Shown here: one piece after another, positions 1 to 13,126 of the stretch | How the letters are laid out: each line of letters starts with the position of its first letter | Numbering within the stretch: the stretch's first letter is position 1 | Origin: Utricularia gibba | Lineage: Eukaryota > Plantae > Magnoliophyta | DNA: 64,000 nucleotides | Direction of reading: 5' to 3' | NCBI GenBank assembly: GCA_002189035.1 | Contig: NEEC01000015.1 | Location: 1,984,001-2,048,000 of the forward strand | Program-made: the position numbers and the translations under genes | The notes under the pieces: model-generated | Databases searched by the model: none | What the model was told of the DNA's origin: nothing | What the model saw: only the letters and a program-made list of their open reading frames with translations

Positions 1-80
1 GGGTTCAGCCTAGTGATGAAACGGACCTGCACTTGATTGGAGGTCTCCTCCGCCGCTACTCCGTCGCCATCGATATCCAT
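1..80 (-). CDS. WDR12: Ribosome biogenesis protein WDR12/YTM1 homolog, 5' end only (runs off the left edge)
   Basis: ATG at 80 (minus) gives MDIDGDGVAAEETSNQVQVRFITRLNP, matching the plant WDR12 N-terminus (MDIDG...V.F.T.L, start of the NLE domain) as recalled. This frame is not in the ORF track. Confidence 0.75.
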   Translation of the reverse strand, partial: MDIDGDGVAAEETSNQVQVRFITRLN

Positions 81-636
81 TAGGCACACCACCAACGAGC
101 AGGCAAGCCGGAAATTGACGGGCGACAGCCGTTAGGGTTCCACTTAAGAAAACTTCGTATTTCCCCATTTTGCCCTCCATTTTTCTTTTTTCTTTTTTTG
201 GGAAATAGAAATCCATTTATTCAACCCGGCGGTCCTGGCCCACTTACCTTTAAATATTCTAGAAGATTCGTCCAAACGTCAATGTGTCAAGGCAAGGCTG
301 GACATGTGAAGAATAATGAATCGGGAATCTTTGATTCTCAGGAGCCCTAATCAACATTTTGGGATTTGGAATTCCAAATTAGATGGGAAGTATGCATCGA
401 AATTACTAAATGGATATTTTTCAAATTCTTAAAAAAAAAATAATGAATATCCCAAAGTCTTATTGAACACAGTATAATACACACAAGTACCGAATTTAGC
501 ATTGACAGCCCCCAGGGCCTTGGGAGCTATCCAAACGTATGATACATATGACACGGTGGGGGACACGGACACGGATGCATGACCCAGTACGATATTAATA
601 CTACTACACACGCTATTCTTCTTCGACCTTGCACTT

Positions 637-2950
637 CTATACAGTCTGCTTGCTGCAGGAACGTTGATCAAGCAACAGAGGAAGTGATGCTGTTTTCGTC
701 TGAGAAGCAAACTCAGCGATCAGTTTGGTGATCAGATACGGCTTCTCAACGTGGGGCATGTGCCCACAATCTGAAATTTGCCGGCACACGGCGTTGGGTA
801 GTTCTCTTTTCAGTCTCTGGACATGGCATTCGAATAAGGCAGCATCAGTGAAAAACAACTACTCTTAGCTTCTTGTACATGTCTGGAGTGGAATGGAATG
901 GAACTCACCTCAATAAGCTTTCTGTTCACTATCTTGTCTTGCTCACTGCTGATCAGGAGAGTTTTTTGCTTCACCTGCCCACGGGAACATGAAACGGCAT
1001 TGTGTTGGTGAAGTTGCTTCTATTCTACAGCATTTTGAATACGAGAGCTTAAATGCTTGTCACCTTTCGTATCTGGCTTGTGACGTTGTATCCTCCACTG
1101 AGCATGAAATTGACTGTGGCATCTTCCCACCATGGCAAAAGGCAGTGAAGGCGACCCACCTGTTTGGAAAAATGAAGATGGTTTTATCACAGCTAATTTA
1201 TGAACTGTTTGCAGAAAGAGATCACACACATTGGTGTATTCCAGCATCCGAGACACGGACATCCCCTCGAATACGAGTGTTTTGGAGTAACATCTCAAGG
1301 GCACGCTTTTCAACAGAGAGACCTGGTTTACCAGAGAATGCCGAGGTTGAAAATTTCGAAACTTGTGAAGAAAACTGGGAAAAGAATGTTACGGTGCCTG
1401 GAGGATTCAGTATTACCATTGCATATGCTAGTGGCTTTGGCAATTGTTTCAGGGATCCGGTTCCTTCCGCATAAACATTAGCATTGATCAGAACCAGCTT
1501 CTCAACCTGGAGAATAATGGCACCACTGATGAATCATGGAGACATGATAACTGCTGATTGAATGTGACTGAAGAAGATCTAATAAACGACTGCAGATACG
1601 TCAAAGAAAGCGCCCTGACATTAGTAAAAACTTACGGCTTCAGGATAATGTGTGGCAAAATCTATTGCAACTGCAGCTCCAAGGCTCGGCCCAACGAGTG
1701 TCATCGGCCTTTGGATGTGCGACTTCCAGAGCTGTTATGAAGTAAAAAGTAAGAGATCATGTAGCCTTGAACAGACATTGATGCATCTTGTATTTCTTAA
1801 AACTGCTTAAGAAAAAGTCAAAGCATACCTGGTAAAGGTGACATCTTTTTGCTGCTACATTGCAGGGAGGCCTCCTCTCTGGTAATAAAAAGAAAAACTA
1901 ACGTCTTGAAAAATCAGTTTGAAACATAGCTATAACCAGAGAGCGAAATTCCAGGGACGAACCCAAATCTGAGAACCCCCATCCAAGAACGTCAATTGCC
2001 CATGTCTCAAAACCAAGCGCCTCAAGTACAGGATACACCCCTCCCCATTCTAAACATGAGCTACAGGATGCAACAACAGAATATCAAACTTCGTTTGTTG
2101 GTACAAATTCAAGAGCATGGATGGTTTCAGTAATTACAGAAATAAAAGAAACAATGACAGCATGGAAAACGAAGGTTAAAACCTGTCGAAGCAATGGAGT
2201 AGAACAACTGGATCAGCATCTCTACGAAATCTTGGCATAATACAGCTGCTCATAATGCAACTTTCAGCAAAATCAACCTGAATTCATGCTCAAAAAAAAA
2301 AAAAAAAACCCCTCAGTGAATGTAAATACTAATGAACTGAAACAATAGACCGTGATCCACCATGTCCCCAAAACACAACAATAATGTATCACAGCCATGG
2401 TAGATTTGCAAAGAAATGGAGGAGCCACCAAGTCAATTTCAAGTCCATTTACCAACAACGCATCAATATCAAGAATGGATTAGATCCTGGAGTTATGTGC
2501 CATAATAATTCAATAACAGCAGCTGAGGTTCTTCCCCCAACAATCTACAGACAAACTACCCACATTCCAAATTAACGAGCTACCCGGATATAAAATAAAG
2601 AAAACACACGCAAAAGCGGCGGATCCGACAATGCAGGGCAATAAGGCTCAAGAGCTAGAGATGGAGAAAAATGCATGCAATCAGAAATCCGACCATGCAA
2701 AACACAAAAAGGAACCCGACATTTACAGGGAGAGTAATTCACACTACCATTCAGGCCTACTTACTTTCACAGGTAGTCTCTGTATTCTCCGAGCCAGAGT
2801 TCTGGCGGAAGGATCTCTGATATTGTGAACTTCTTTGGGCAGGAATGAGGGGAAATCGCCAACTCCGTCTAGTCCGGCGCGGCGGCAGCTGATATCCATT
2901 AAACGGCACCGATTAAGAGGGCAGCCCGGAGAGGCGAATGCCGCCATCAT
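637..2950 (-). CDS. Alpha/beta-hydrolase fold protein, multi-exon, probably plastid-targeted
   Basis: Spliced manually: MMAAFASPG...FPSFLPKEVHNIRDPSARTLARRIQRLPV; nucleophile motif VGPSLG (about 1670-1690); VEKLVLINANVYAEGTG; C-terminal CGHMPHVEKP catalytic His motif; GT-AG junctions where checked. Confidence 0.88.
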
Positions 2951-4082
2951 TCTGCAAGAAACTGTCCAAGTGGACCACAGTCCCCCTCCCTCTCTACCCC
3001 GAAACCTGCACTCAGGTTTGTCTTCTTCTCTCTCCACTCTCCAGCGAGGAGTTCCAAATCAAGGGAAACGTCGTCTCCTCATTAAAACCAAATTCCTTCA
3101 CGTACACACAAAAAAGAACCCTTAATAAATTTTAAAAGAAATAGTTTAATATTATTATGTTTTCCCACCATAAAACTCGACCAGTATTCCATACTTTGGG
3201 TAACGATCCATCTCATTCTCATCCAACGCTGGTCCCCAGCAGTTAGTTCCTTCCCTTGATCCGGAGATCCCAATGAGATCCGACCCGTCCTATTTTGAAA
3301 AATAATATTTCGCTTCAAAAAAAAAAGGGCACTGCGAGAAGATATTTTTTTTACTTGGGCTCAAAATGGGGGGTGTGGGGTCCACTCAATTCAAATCTGA
3401 GGAAGGATCCAGATGCTACCCTACCCTACCCGACCCAGTTAGGTAGGACTAGGCATCGCCGCTCACTGTATCATTATATACAAGGTTGAAGCAGCAGCTC
3501 GGTGTTGCGTGTCTGGACCGCCGCCACGACGTGTCACCACAAATACCACAACTTCAGAATGCCACTCGGGTCGAACCCGGCCCGTGAAAACTCATTCAAT
3601 GCATGGTGAAGCTTCCTTTTTCTCTTTCATCTCCTGAGTCCACCATCAGTCTTCCATGTGTCCATCCCTATTATTCTAATACTATTTTTCACACGCACTA
3701 ACAATATAATGGTTACTTTTCAAAATCATCTCACATATGAAGAAGGGATGGTGTATTGATCTCAAAAAGTATGATTTACAATTGAATATATGTATATAAT
3801 TATGTATGATATAATTAAAAAATAATATCATACTTTGTTATGATATGATTAAATAAGAAAGTTGTTAGAATATCAAATAATGTTGCAATTAAATGTATTA
3901 TTTAACATGATTTTTTTTTAACAAATCAATCCTTAATGTGCCAAGAGGATGATGAGGTTGGAAGTTGGAGGCGGTGGGCGAGTAGAAACCGTCTCTCATT
4001 TGCAACGACGACTTGTAATGCAAGGGACATGCAGTCAGTTGGTCTCCTTCATAACTTAATCATCCCTCCTAATCAAACCTTA

Positions 4083-4383
4083 GGACATGTTTGCTACGCG
4101 AGATAAGTGGTATTTTTACTAATGATTATATTTTTTATGTGTTTGGTATGAATAATTGAACAATCACTAGTGATTCAACAAACTCAACATAATCTCACAT
4201 ATGTAGTAATAATGAAACTTGGGGGTGGATCAGATTGTTAAAACCAATGCAAATTTATTTAATCATAAATAAATTCAATCATACATACTAAACATAAAAA
4301 TGTATAATATATTATACTTAATATACATCAATCACAAATAATCCATAACTCTCATTATATAATATCTTGTACCAAACATGCCC
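4083..4383. mobile_element. Tourist-like (PIF/Harbinger) MITE, about 301 bp
   Basis: Terminal inverted repeats GGACATGTTTGCTAC (left) and GGGCATGTTTGGTAC (right, reverse complement) match at 13/15. TTA flanks both ends (4080-4082, 4384-4386). Interior is AT-rich and non-coding with an internal imperfect inverted repeat. Confidence 0.72.
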
Positions 4384-4416
4384 TTAATAAATCCGAAGAT
4401 TAGATTACATGCGATG

Positions 4417-4439
4417 CAATCCAATCCAATCCAATCCAA
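4417..4439. repeat. (CAATC)4 microsatellite
   Basis: caatccaatccaatccaatccaa read directly. Confidence 0.8.
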
Positions 4440-5888
4440 ACACGTGTCTGTAGACAACTAAATCTAAATCCAGAAAGCCCCATTTATTTATTTAATATTA
4501 TTTATTTGTTTAATACAAGGGGAACCCAAAGTACAGTTTGTGGATCATCCGAAGGATAAACAATTGTGGGGGAGGGCATTAAAAAGGGCACGTGGGGGTT
4601 GTTGAGAATTGATTTACGCACCTTAAAAGGCGTTAATTTCAAGGGGTTCGGTTCGGTTCGGTTGGATACAACAAGACAAACAAGTGAAGTCACTCGGCTT
4701 CTAAAATCTAAAAGCACGGCAAGAGGCACCTTCCAAGTTCCAATATACAACACAACGGACCACCCATTCACATCCCCTTTCCTCATTCTAATGACAACCT
4801 AATATTATTATTATTATAACTCAGATATTCTATTTTTTTCCCATTTTATTGATTTGACTATGAATTTGAGTTTAATTATTATATTAATCGAATTCGATAA
4901 TTTTAATTATATTTTAAAATATATAAAAGAATCCAAATTATTATTTAACATAGATTGAATCTGTTCTCAAAATTTAATCATAGGTTTAGATTGAATTTTA
5001 GTTCATCTGTAAATCTTAAGTTAGATCTTAACAATCCTCAATCATAAATTATTCTCAAATGTCCATTTAATCCAATTATTCTGATGACACGAAAATTGAT
5101 TTTACAATTATTTGGGATTAAAAAAGAGGGAGAGAGAGAGTGTGAGTGAAGCCCATCATTGTTCCCCTACAGACCCATTTACTTCTTGTTGGGCTTTTAA
5201 TATTTTCTCGTCTGCTTCAATATTTTGGCCCACAGTTTTTATCTTTTCTGGTAGAATAATTCAAAAAATCCTTATAAGAAAAAATGGTTTTTAAATTATA
5301 ATATTTAATCTATTTTTATTTTACAGTAAAATATTGTAATTTATGTAAAACTCAGTCAATAAATTTACAAATGAAATCATTTTATGACATTTCGATCAAA
5401 AACTCATCAAAACTAATTACTACAACTACCATACGTCATCGAAACTCAGTCAATTAGTTTTCTTTTCTTGATGGTTGTAAATTTTAAAAATATATATCCC
5501 AAATTTTAAAAATTTAAAGACATTAAAAATATAAATTAAAAATCTTTTTATGATTTATTTGAAAAAATATATATAATTATGTAATAAAAAAAACAAAGAA
5601 AGCGAATGATAATTGTGGCAATTAATTTGACTGAAATATCATAAAATAAGTTTATTACTAAACTTAACTAGATTTTATATAAACTAAATTGTTTTACTAT
5701 AAAATAAAAATAGAACATATATTGTAAACTAAAAAAAAAACAATTTTTACCTTATTATAATAAATAAATGTTTTAATTTTATGGAGTGAACTAAAATAGA
5801 CGGATGTGATTGATTCACCTGCTGTTTTTAATTGTTTCTGGAGATATTTAAAAGCTTGACGATAAAATAATAATGGAAGAAGAGTGGT

Positions 5889-5920
5889 GGGGTCGGGGGG
5901 GGGGGGGGGGAGAGAGAGAG
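5889..5920 (+). repeat. G16 run followed by (AG)5 upstream of RPK2
   Basis: ggggtc, then G x16 (5895-5910), then agagagagag. Confidence 0.8.
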
Positions 5921-6185
5921 ACGCGGCTTCACCGGCGTACATTTACCTCTTTTTCTTTTTCTTCTCTGGAAATAGGAATTGGGTAGCGCTCTCTTGCTGT
6001 TTCTTCCTTTGGAAGACTCTGCGTCACCAGCGCAATAATTGGTTAATTCAAGGATTAGGGGGGAAAGGGTGGCTCTGAAATTAGGGTTCTGGTTGTGGAT
6101 TTTCACGCTCTTCCACGAGTGGCAAAAGGGGACACCAGACAACAAGGGGTCCGAACTTTTGAGGACCCTTTGCGGGGCGGCACTG

Positions 6186-9100
6186 ATGGGTAGTTGTGCT
6201 TTTCTCATCAAGCGGCATCGTCTACTTAAGCTGTTGAAGTTCTTCACTGTCTTTTCACTTCAGTTGCTAGCGTCGAGGGGTTTTGATTCGGATAAATCTG
6301 CGTTGTTAGAGCTCAAGTCCAAGGTTTCTGATCCGTATGGAGCTTTGAGCAGCTGGGATTTGGGAAGAGGAGGAGATCATTGTTCCTGGCGAGGGGTTTC
6401 TTGCGATGTGTATTCTCGGGTCACGGCGTTGAATATTAGTGGCGGCGGGGATTCTCTGTCGTGCTTGAGAATTGCTCAATTTCCGCTTTATGGGTTTGGA
6501 ATTAGGCGGTCTTGTTCGGGCGATGCGGAGTTTAAAATTTCCGGGGAGCTGCCTGCAGCTGTCGCGCAGCTTAGTGAACTTCGGATTTTGTCTCTACCTT
6601 TCAATGAGTTGAGTGGCGAGATTCCGCCGGGGTTGTGGTCATTAGAAAAACTTGAGGTTATGGACCTCGAGGGGAATCTTTTTTCTGGCTCTTTGCCCGT
6701 CCAGTTTACTGGTTTGAGGAGTCTGAAGGTTCTTAATTTGGGATTCAATAATATATCAGGGGGGATTCCCATGTCCTTGACGAATTCCTTGGGTCTTCAG
6801 GTTCTCAATTTAGCAGGGAATCAATTCACGGGGTCGATTCCTTTGTTTCTCAGAGAATTTAAAGATTTGAGAGGGCTTTACTTGTCGTTCAATCAGCTGA
6901 GTGGTCCGATCCCTGATGAGATTGGTGATAGCTGTGAGAGCCTTGAGTATTTGGAGCTTTCAGGTAACTACTTGACCAATGATGTTCCAGCAAGTCTTGG
7001 GAACTGTATGGGACTAAAAACGCTTTTGCTGTATTCTAATATGTTGGAGGTTATACCAAGTGAACTTGGTAGGCTGTCTCAGCTTGAACTGCTGGATGTG
7101 TCAAGAAATAATTTAGGTGGCTCTATACCCACTGCCATTGGTAACTGCACTAGGTTGTCTGTGCTCGTATTGTCAAACTTATGGGACCCTCTTCCTAATG
7201 CTTCAAGTTTGGGATATAACTATTCTATGGAAAAATTAGCATATACCAACGATGAGTACAATTTTTTCGAAGGCATAATACCTTCAGAGATTACTAGTCT
7301 CCCAAGGTTGAGGGTGCTGTGGGCTCCTAGAGCTATGCTGCAAGGAGACTTCCCTTCTAGTTGGGGTTATTGTGAACACTTGGAGATGCTTAATTTGGGC
7401 CAGAATTTTTACTCTGGAAAAGTTCCAGGGGGGTTTAGCAATTGCAAGAAGTTGCATTATCTTGACTTGAGCTCAAATAAACTAAGTGGGGAGATTGATG
7501 GCAGGATTCCTGTGCCTTGTATGGATCTGTTTGATGTTAGTGGGAATGCGTTCTCTGGATTTATTCCGAAATTTGACTACAACTCCTGTGCTTCTGTAGT
7601 CTCCTTGAGCTTGACTTCCCTGGCACTTTATGATCCTTCTTCTGTATATATTTGGTACTTTGGAAATCAGGATAAGATAAGGTCTTCTTTTACATTCAGC
7701 AGGGATGACGACAGTCTCTTGATATTGCACAATTTCGGTTCTAATGCCTTCACGGGTCCTGTACCCTCATTGCCGATTGCGTCTGATAAATTGGGAATAA
7801 AAACTGTATATGCATTTCTTGCCGGAGGAAACAAGCTTTCTGGAACATTTCCTGGTTCATTGTTTGACCATTGTGTTAATGCAAGAGGCATGATTGTCAA
7901 TGTGAGCAACAATGAGTTGATTGGTCAGATCCCAGAAGATATTTCAAGCCTGTGCAGGTCCCTTGTGCTCCTAGATTTGTCAAATAATCAAATTTCTGGA
8001 GGGATACCTCTCAGCATTGGCTACATTGCCTCACTGTTGGCTCTAAACCTGAGTTGGAATTCCTTGCAAGGTTCGATTCCCATAAGTTTTGGCAAGATGA
8101 AGGATATAAGACGTCTTGCATTGGCTGGAAATTATCTGAATGGTTCAATCCCTGCAAGTTTGGGGCAGCTATACTCTTTAGAGGTTCTCGAGTTGTCTTC
8201 AAATTCTCTCTCTGGTGAAATTCCAAGGGATCTTGCCAACTTGAAGAACTTGAGTGTTTTGCTCTTGAACAACAACAAACTCTCTGGGCAGTTTCCACAT
8301 GAGCTCGCAAATGTCCCAGCCCTCTTGTTGTTTAACGCATCATTCAATAATTTTTCAGGCCGATTGTCTCTTAATAACAGCATTATTCAATGCAATAACT
8401 TCATCGGGAATCCTTCCTTGAGCTGTACTGCAACCTTGCTCTCTGTTTCCAACTCAGGTCAATCGGGGATAGCGGGAGACTCTATTGCTCAGTATTATGG
8501 TGCTGCTCCTCCACCTCCTCCAAGTGACGGTGGTCTGGGTCCAGTTCCTATTGCAGTAGTGACGGCAGCGGCAGTGATAGTGTTTGCTCTCATCTGCGTG
8601 TTGGCAATATTCTTGTACACAAGAAAATGGAAACCAAGGTCACGAGTGAGCGGATCTGCAAGGAAGGTGGTGACCACCTTTACGGATATAGGCGTTCCCC
8701 TAACTTTCGAGAATGTTGTGCGTGCCACAGGGAGTTTCAACGCCAACAACTGCATCGGCAGTGGAGGTTTTGGAGCAACATACAAAGCAGAGATCGCACC
8801 TGGTGTGCTGGTGGCTGTCAAACGTCTTGCTGTAGGAAGGTTCCAAGGGGTTCAGCAGTTTGATGCAGAGATTAAAACTCTTGCCAGGCTTCAGCACCCG
8901 AATCTCGTGACCTTGATCGGGTACCATGCTAGTGAAACCGAGATGTTTCTCATATACAACTACTTACCTGGTGGAAATCTGGAGGAATTCATACGGGGAA
9001 GAAGCCGTAGAGCTCCTGACTGGAGGATTCTACACAAGATCGCCCTGGACATTGCCCTGGCACTTGCATACTTGCATGATCAATGTGTGCCCCGAGTCCT

Positions 9101-9578
9101 TCACCGCGATGTCAAGCCGAGCAACATCCTGCTGGACGAAGACTACAATGCATATCTATCGGACTTCGGCCTTGCTCGGCTTCTAGGAACTTCCGAAACG
9201 CATGCGACAACCGGGGTGGCCGGAACTTTTGGGTATGTTGCTCCGGAATACGCCATGACATGCCGTGTCTCCGACAAGGCAGATGTTTACAGTTACGGGG
9301 TGGTGCTGCTGGAGTTGATGTCGGACAAGAAGGCACTGGACCCTTCGTTCTCTTCCTACGGGAATGGCTTCAACATTGTGGCGTGGGCGTGCATGCTGAT
9401 GCGGCAGGGCAAGGCCAATGAGTTTTTCGCCGCCGGGCTGTGGGAGGTGAGCCCGCACGACGACTTGGTCAACATGCTCCACTTGGCGGTTGTGTGCACT
9501 CTGGAGACGCTGTCGACGAGGCCGACGATGAAACAGGTTGTGAAAAGGCTCAAGCAACTGCAACCGCCCTCTTGTTGA
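6186..9578 (+). CDS. RPK2: LRR receptor-like kinase RPK2/TOAD2, intronless, about 1130 aa
   Basis: ATG 6186 ([11 protein letters not shown]) precedes a signal peptide; LRR cap HCSWRGVSC; many LRRs with an island domain; transmembrane segment; [37 protein letters not shown]; [11 protein letters not shown] and [18 protein letters not shown] kinase motifs. The ORF-track start at 6039 is a TTG. Confidence 0.96.
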   Translation: MGSCAFLIKRHRLLKLLKFFTVFSLQLLASRGFDSDKSALLELKSKVSDPYGALSSWDLGRGGDHCSWRGVSCDVYSRVTALNISGGGDSLSCLRIAQFPLYGFGIRRSCSGDAEFKISGELPAAVAQLSELRILSLPFNELSGEIPPGLWSLEKLEVMDLEGNLFSGSLPVQFTGLRSLKVLNLGFNNISGGIPMSLTNSLGLQVLNLAGNQFTGSIPLFLREFKDLRGLYLSFNQLSGPIPDEIGDSCESLEYLELSGNYLTNDVPASLGNCMGLKTLLLYSNMLEVIPSELGRLSQLELLDVSRNNLGGSIPTAIGNCTRLSVLVLSNLWDPLPNASSLGYNYSMEKLAYTNDEYNFFEGIIPSEITSLPRLRVLWAPRAMLQGDFPSSWGYCEHLEMLNLGQNFYSGKVPGGFSNCKKLHYLDLSSNKLSGEIDGRIPVPCMDLFDVSGNAFSGFIPKFDYNSCASVVSLSLTSLALYDPSSVYIWYFGNQDKIRSSFTFSRDDDSLLILHNFGSNAFTGPVPSLPIASDKLGIKTVYAFLAGGNKLSGTFPGSLFDHCVNARGMIVNVSNNELIGQIPEDISSLCRSLVLLDLSNNQISGGIPLSIGYIASLLALNLSWNSLQGSIPISFGKMKDIRRLALAGNYLNGSIPASLGQLYSLEVLELSSNSLSGEIPRDLANLKNLSVLLLNNNKLSGQFPHELANVPALLLFNASFNNFSGRLSLNNSIIQCNNFIGNPSLSCTATLLSVSNSGQSGIAGDSIAQYYGAAPPPPPSDGGLGPVPIAVVTAAAVIVFALICVLAIFLYTRKWKPRSRVSGSARKVVTTFTDIGVPLTFENVVRATGSFNANNCIGSGGFGATYKAEIAPGVLVAVKRLAVGRFQGVQQFDAEIKTLARLQHPNLVTLIGYHASETEMFLIYNYLPGGNLEEFIRGRSRRAPDWRILHKIALDIALALAYLHDQCVPRVLHRDVKPSNILLDEDYNAYLSDFGLARLLGTSETHATTGVAGTFGYVAPEYAMTCRVSDKADVYSYGVVLLELMSDKKALDPSFSSYGNGFNIVAWACMLMRQGKANEFFAAGLWEVSPHDDLVNMLHLAVVCTLETLSTRPTMKQVVKRLKQLQPPSC

Positions 9579-9852
9579 TTGATGCACTGGGAATGAGATG
9601 TGTAGCAGCTGGTTTTGATAGGAAGTCAGGAGCAAAATGCAATTGTTCATCTGCTAGCGACGATTTGTGCCTGCGGTTTCTCTGCAGAAGAATGCAAGCA
9701 TTTGTTGAAAGGATTCTTCCAGGGGCAAGTTGCTGCCAATATTCCTTTGCATTTGCACGTCAAATGTATTTTACGGCACACCCTCAACTGATATCACAAG
9801 TCAATATTCGCCCAAAAAGAATGCCCTAAACAGCTGATGAACTAAACAACCT

Positions 9853-11745
9853 TCATCCCTTCTGTTTAGATTCATCTCCTCGACAAAAATTTCTATACTT
9901 ACTGCGCGATTGCGGCCCCTCGCGCTCTCGGAAGCTGGTATCAGTTGTCGCATATGCTCCTCCACCCTAAACCAACACCAAGACTTGAACGTCCCCTGGA
10001 ATTCTCATTGCGGGAGCCACCGCGAGTGGGTGAAGTGATTTCTTGCGCCACTGACTGCACAGAAACATGCAAAATGATACAGGGGCTAGCAGACATGTTG
10101 CATGGTATGCACGATCCTGTTCAGGAATACGACCAACAACTCCCACTGCTCCTGCTTACCTCGTGAAGTCACGCTCTTCAGCTCAACTACAGCTTTGGCG
10201 GTCTCCGATCGTTATTGGAGGTTCGACACAGCTCGGTTGACTTAATACGAGTATAGCAGCGGAAAGAAACAGAGAAAAGTTTGCGCAATACTACATAATC
10301 CTGTGATAAAAAAAAAAAAAAAAGGCTCAAAGGATACAGGATGTAAAGTTTACACCTATGAACCCATTAAAAAGTGAAATTAAACCTTGATTGCACTTTC
10401 CATGGAATTGAATTCTTGAAACTCAACAAACCCAAAATAGAATCCTTGTGCCTGCAAGATGATTAACGTAAAACTAATGAGTTGACACGTGCCTAGAAAA
10501 TTGAAACAACCTACATTAAATGCTCACCCTATTGATGGTTTCGGCAGGTTTCTGACTTGTATCCCATCTGGCATCGCATGATAGGTCCAAATTTCAAAAA
10601 AACCAGCTTCAAGCTGATCAACCCGTAGCATTTAGAGGTATATTTCGGATGTAGATGGAGTGGTCTTCATCTATTAAAAAAATAAAAATAAAAATAAATA
10701 TAATTATACATAATACCGAAACTGTAGGTAATTGAAAACCTACAGAAGCCACAATCTCTACCAGTAATTCATGCCCTGCCAAATGCTAGCCTTTTCCCTG
10801 TTACCAGTTCACACAATTAATTTCCCTTTGGGAGAAGCTTATAAAATGTTACCTTCATTAAGATTCTCGAGAGTTTCTGAAGCAGGAACATCTACTGGAT
10901 GGAAGGATGCTTGGGACGTTGACACCCCTGCAGCATGAATAGCGGCTTTGTTTTCAACTTTTGTAGGAGCAACCCTAGTCGAGCTAGCAGGGATATAAAT
11001 TTTTGTAGGGCCTTTCTTTGACAGTGAACTAACAATCCAGGCATATGATTTTTTTTTTTTTTTTTTTGCTGTTTTCTTTTCAGAAACCGATTTATCTCCC
11101 TCAGAATCTAATGTTACATGCTTCACATTTGCGAATTGCTCGGGTTCCACAGCAGTCTTTCTCCGGACCCATCAACTAAGTTCCTCAATGACAGCTCTAG
11201 GAGGGGAAGATTGTGGAAGACCAACTGCGTGAGATGGCTCTGTACGCAAAATTATGATGCAAAATAGCATTAGCCATATAGGATGGAAGTTACCTAATCA
11301 TAATGCTCGGATGATGAGTAACAGCTGAATTTGACCTGGATCTGGAGTCATTGCATCTGGCTCTCTGTTATCGATTCCAACACACAACCCAGAGGCAGCT
11401 TCAGCATTGTTGTCATCCACATATCAAATCATTGATGCTCTATGGAACAAAAGAGAACAAGGTAAACGCTAGTCATGTCATTCCTGCAGTAAAAAACAGG
11501 CATGGATGGCTTCTAAAATGCCGATCCAAAAGTGAAACGCAAATAAGCAATCAGAATAAGGATAATATATGTATACGTATACTAGCAACCAAGTGAGGCA
11601 CGCATTGGTCGCTCTACAGAAACGATCGCGCAACAGAAGCAAATCACATAATCAGCGGAGCAATCGACAAGAAACTGAGATTTCCGATTCTAGACAATGA
11701 TTTTACCTGATGAAAGGACTTGGGGGGCGAAGAGAACAGTCATTG
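9853..11745 (-). pseudogene. Decayed G3BP-like (NTF2 + RRM + RGG) gene
   Basis: Motif remnants in order with splice sites: MTSV / SINDLIC (NTF2 relic), KKSYAWIVSSL..PTKIYIP...RVAP, RRM exon HSIYIRNIPLNAT / VDQLE / KFGPI / DGIQVRN, PITIGDRQ / AVVELKSVTSR, RGG tail. Pieces lie in different frames with in-frame TGA stops (for example IEELS*WVRR near 11170). Confidence 0.82.
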
Positions 11746-11900
11746 GGCCTCTGTGTCGATTGTCAGAACTCAGAACAGAGTGGTCTCTCAATCCTTATAT
11801 ATATTGTGCCGTTTCACCTGGGCTCATTTTCAGTTAAGGCACATATAGCATTCTAGATGGGCCTAAACTGAAGTATATGGGTTTTGTCAGTGGCCCATTT
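11740..11900 (-). promoter_or_regulatory. Site II (TGGGCY) cluster and TATA-like element upstream of the G3BP pseudogene
   Basis: tgggcc, tgggct, tgggcc and ggccca within about 160 bp; TATATATA at about 11796. Confidence 0.5.
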
Positions 11901-13079
11901 TAGATGTATGATTTATGAATTTCTTATTTAAAAAATGTCTCAATCCCAATATATATATTTTTATTATAAATAAAAAAATATTTTTTGATATTTGTTGTAT
12001 TACACTCCTTCATTTGACTTTTCATTAAAGTAGCTTAATTAATAATATATTTAAATTATCTGTATTTAAATAAATATATATTACATGATTATAACTGAGA
12101 GTTTTTTAAATAAATAAATTTTAAAAATGTTATTATTTTTGATAAAATTCATTAAAAAATAATGAATTACTTTTAAATTAAGAAAACCCAAGTGACATAC
12201 AAGTTTTAACAAATACAATTGAATATACTATGAATATTTAATTTATAGCACAGTTTTGAGAACATGTATTTGGAATTGAGAACACACTATAGGCATCTTT
12301 TGGTGTCTCTGGTCTTACTAACAATGAAGCTGGTTTTGTAATGCCATTTGTAAAAATCAAATGTAACATGACAGAAGAAACTTGTATGATGAGAATGAAT
12401 AGATAAGGCGCTAAGGTAACATTAATCTGAGAAGGAAGAAGGAAAGAAGACTAGTGAGGTGAGCCCTGGGTTTTGGAAGGCAGTTGAGTATGTGTGTCCT
12501 AGACAGCCTCTTTTTGAAGGCACAAGGATGATGGCATCTGACTCAAAAGCCTTCCTCCTCAATATGGAATATGGTGTCCGCCTCTCCAGACTCCACACCC
12601 ATGAAAGAGGAGACCCGCTCCTCCACGGGTTTAGCGTGGTCACAAGAGTGGGCCAAAGGTTAGCCATATTAGAACAAGTTATCTCATTTTATAATTTGAA
12701 AGTTAAATAGTTCAGTATACAAAAAAATATAAATTATTAGTATTCAATTAATTTAATCTTTTCTAATGTAATTTACGTTTCTTGTTTATTTGAACTTCAT
12801 ATGTATTCATCTGATTCATTGTATTCTAAATTTCAACCTAATATCAGAGTAATTATATTATGGCATAGCTTGATTGGCCAATATAGGTTTTGTATAGGTC
12901 AGAGTTCCAATTAAAAAAAGAATAAAGAGATACATTGAATTTAGACGATAAAAATTAGAATAAAATATGATTTAAGTACTAACTACAATATAAAAAAACA
13001 AAAAATAAATCTTAATTGGATTGAAGACAAGTTTACTTGAAAGCGAGTATTAAAATAAGCAATTTCATATCATGATTTG

Positions 13080-13126
13080 AAAATGAAATAATTTAATATA
13101 TAAAAAATTATAAATTATTAATAATC
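13080..13126 (+). repeat. AT-rich dispersed repeat, copy 1 (copy 2 at 16520-16564)
   Basis: aaaatgaaataatttaatatataaaaaattataaattattaataat versus aaaatgaaataattaattatataaaaattataaatcattaatgat. Confidence 0.55.

Noticed and set aside
10-216. 68-aa minus ORF from the track
   Set aside because: Wrong frame; the WDR12-like reading starts at 80 in another frame.
989-1474. 161-aa plus-strand ORF
   Set aside because: Antisense shadow across exons and introns of the hydrolase; no recognisable motif.
6039-6185. 49-codon N-terminal extension of RPK2 from a TTG
   Set aside because: ATG 6186 directly precedes the signal peptide; the extension would displace it.
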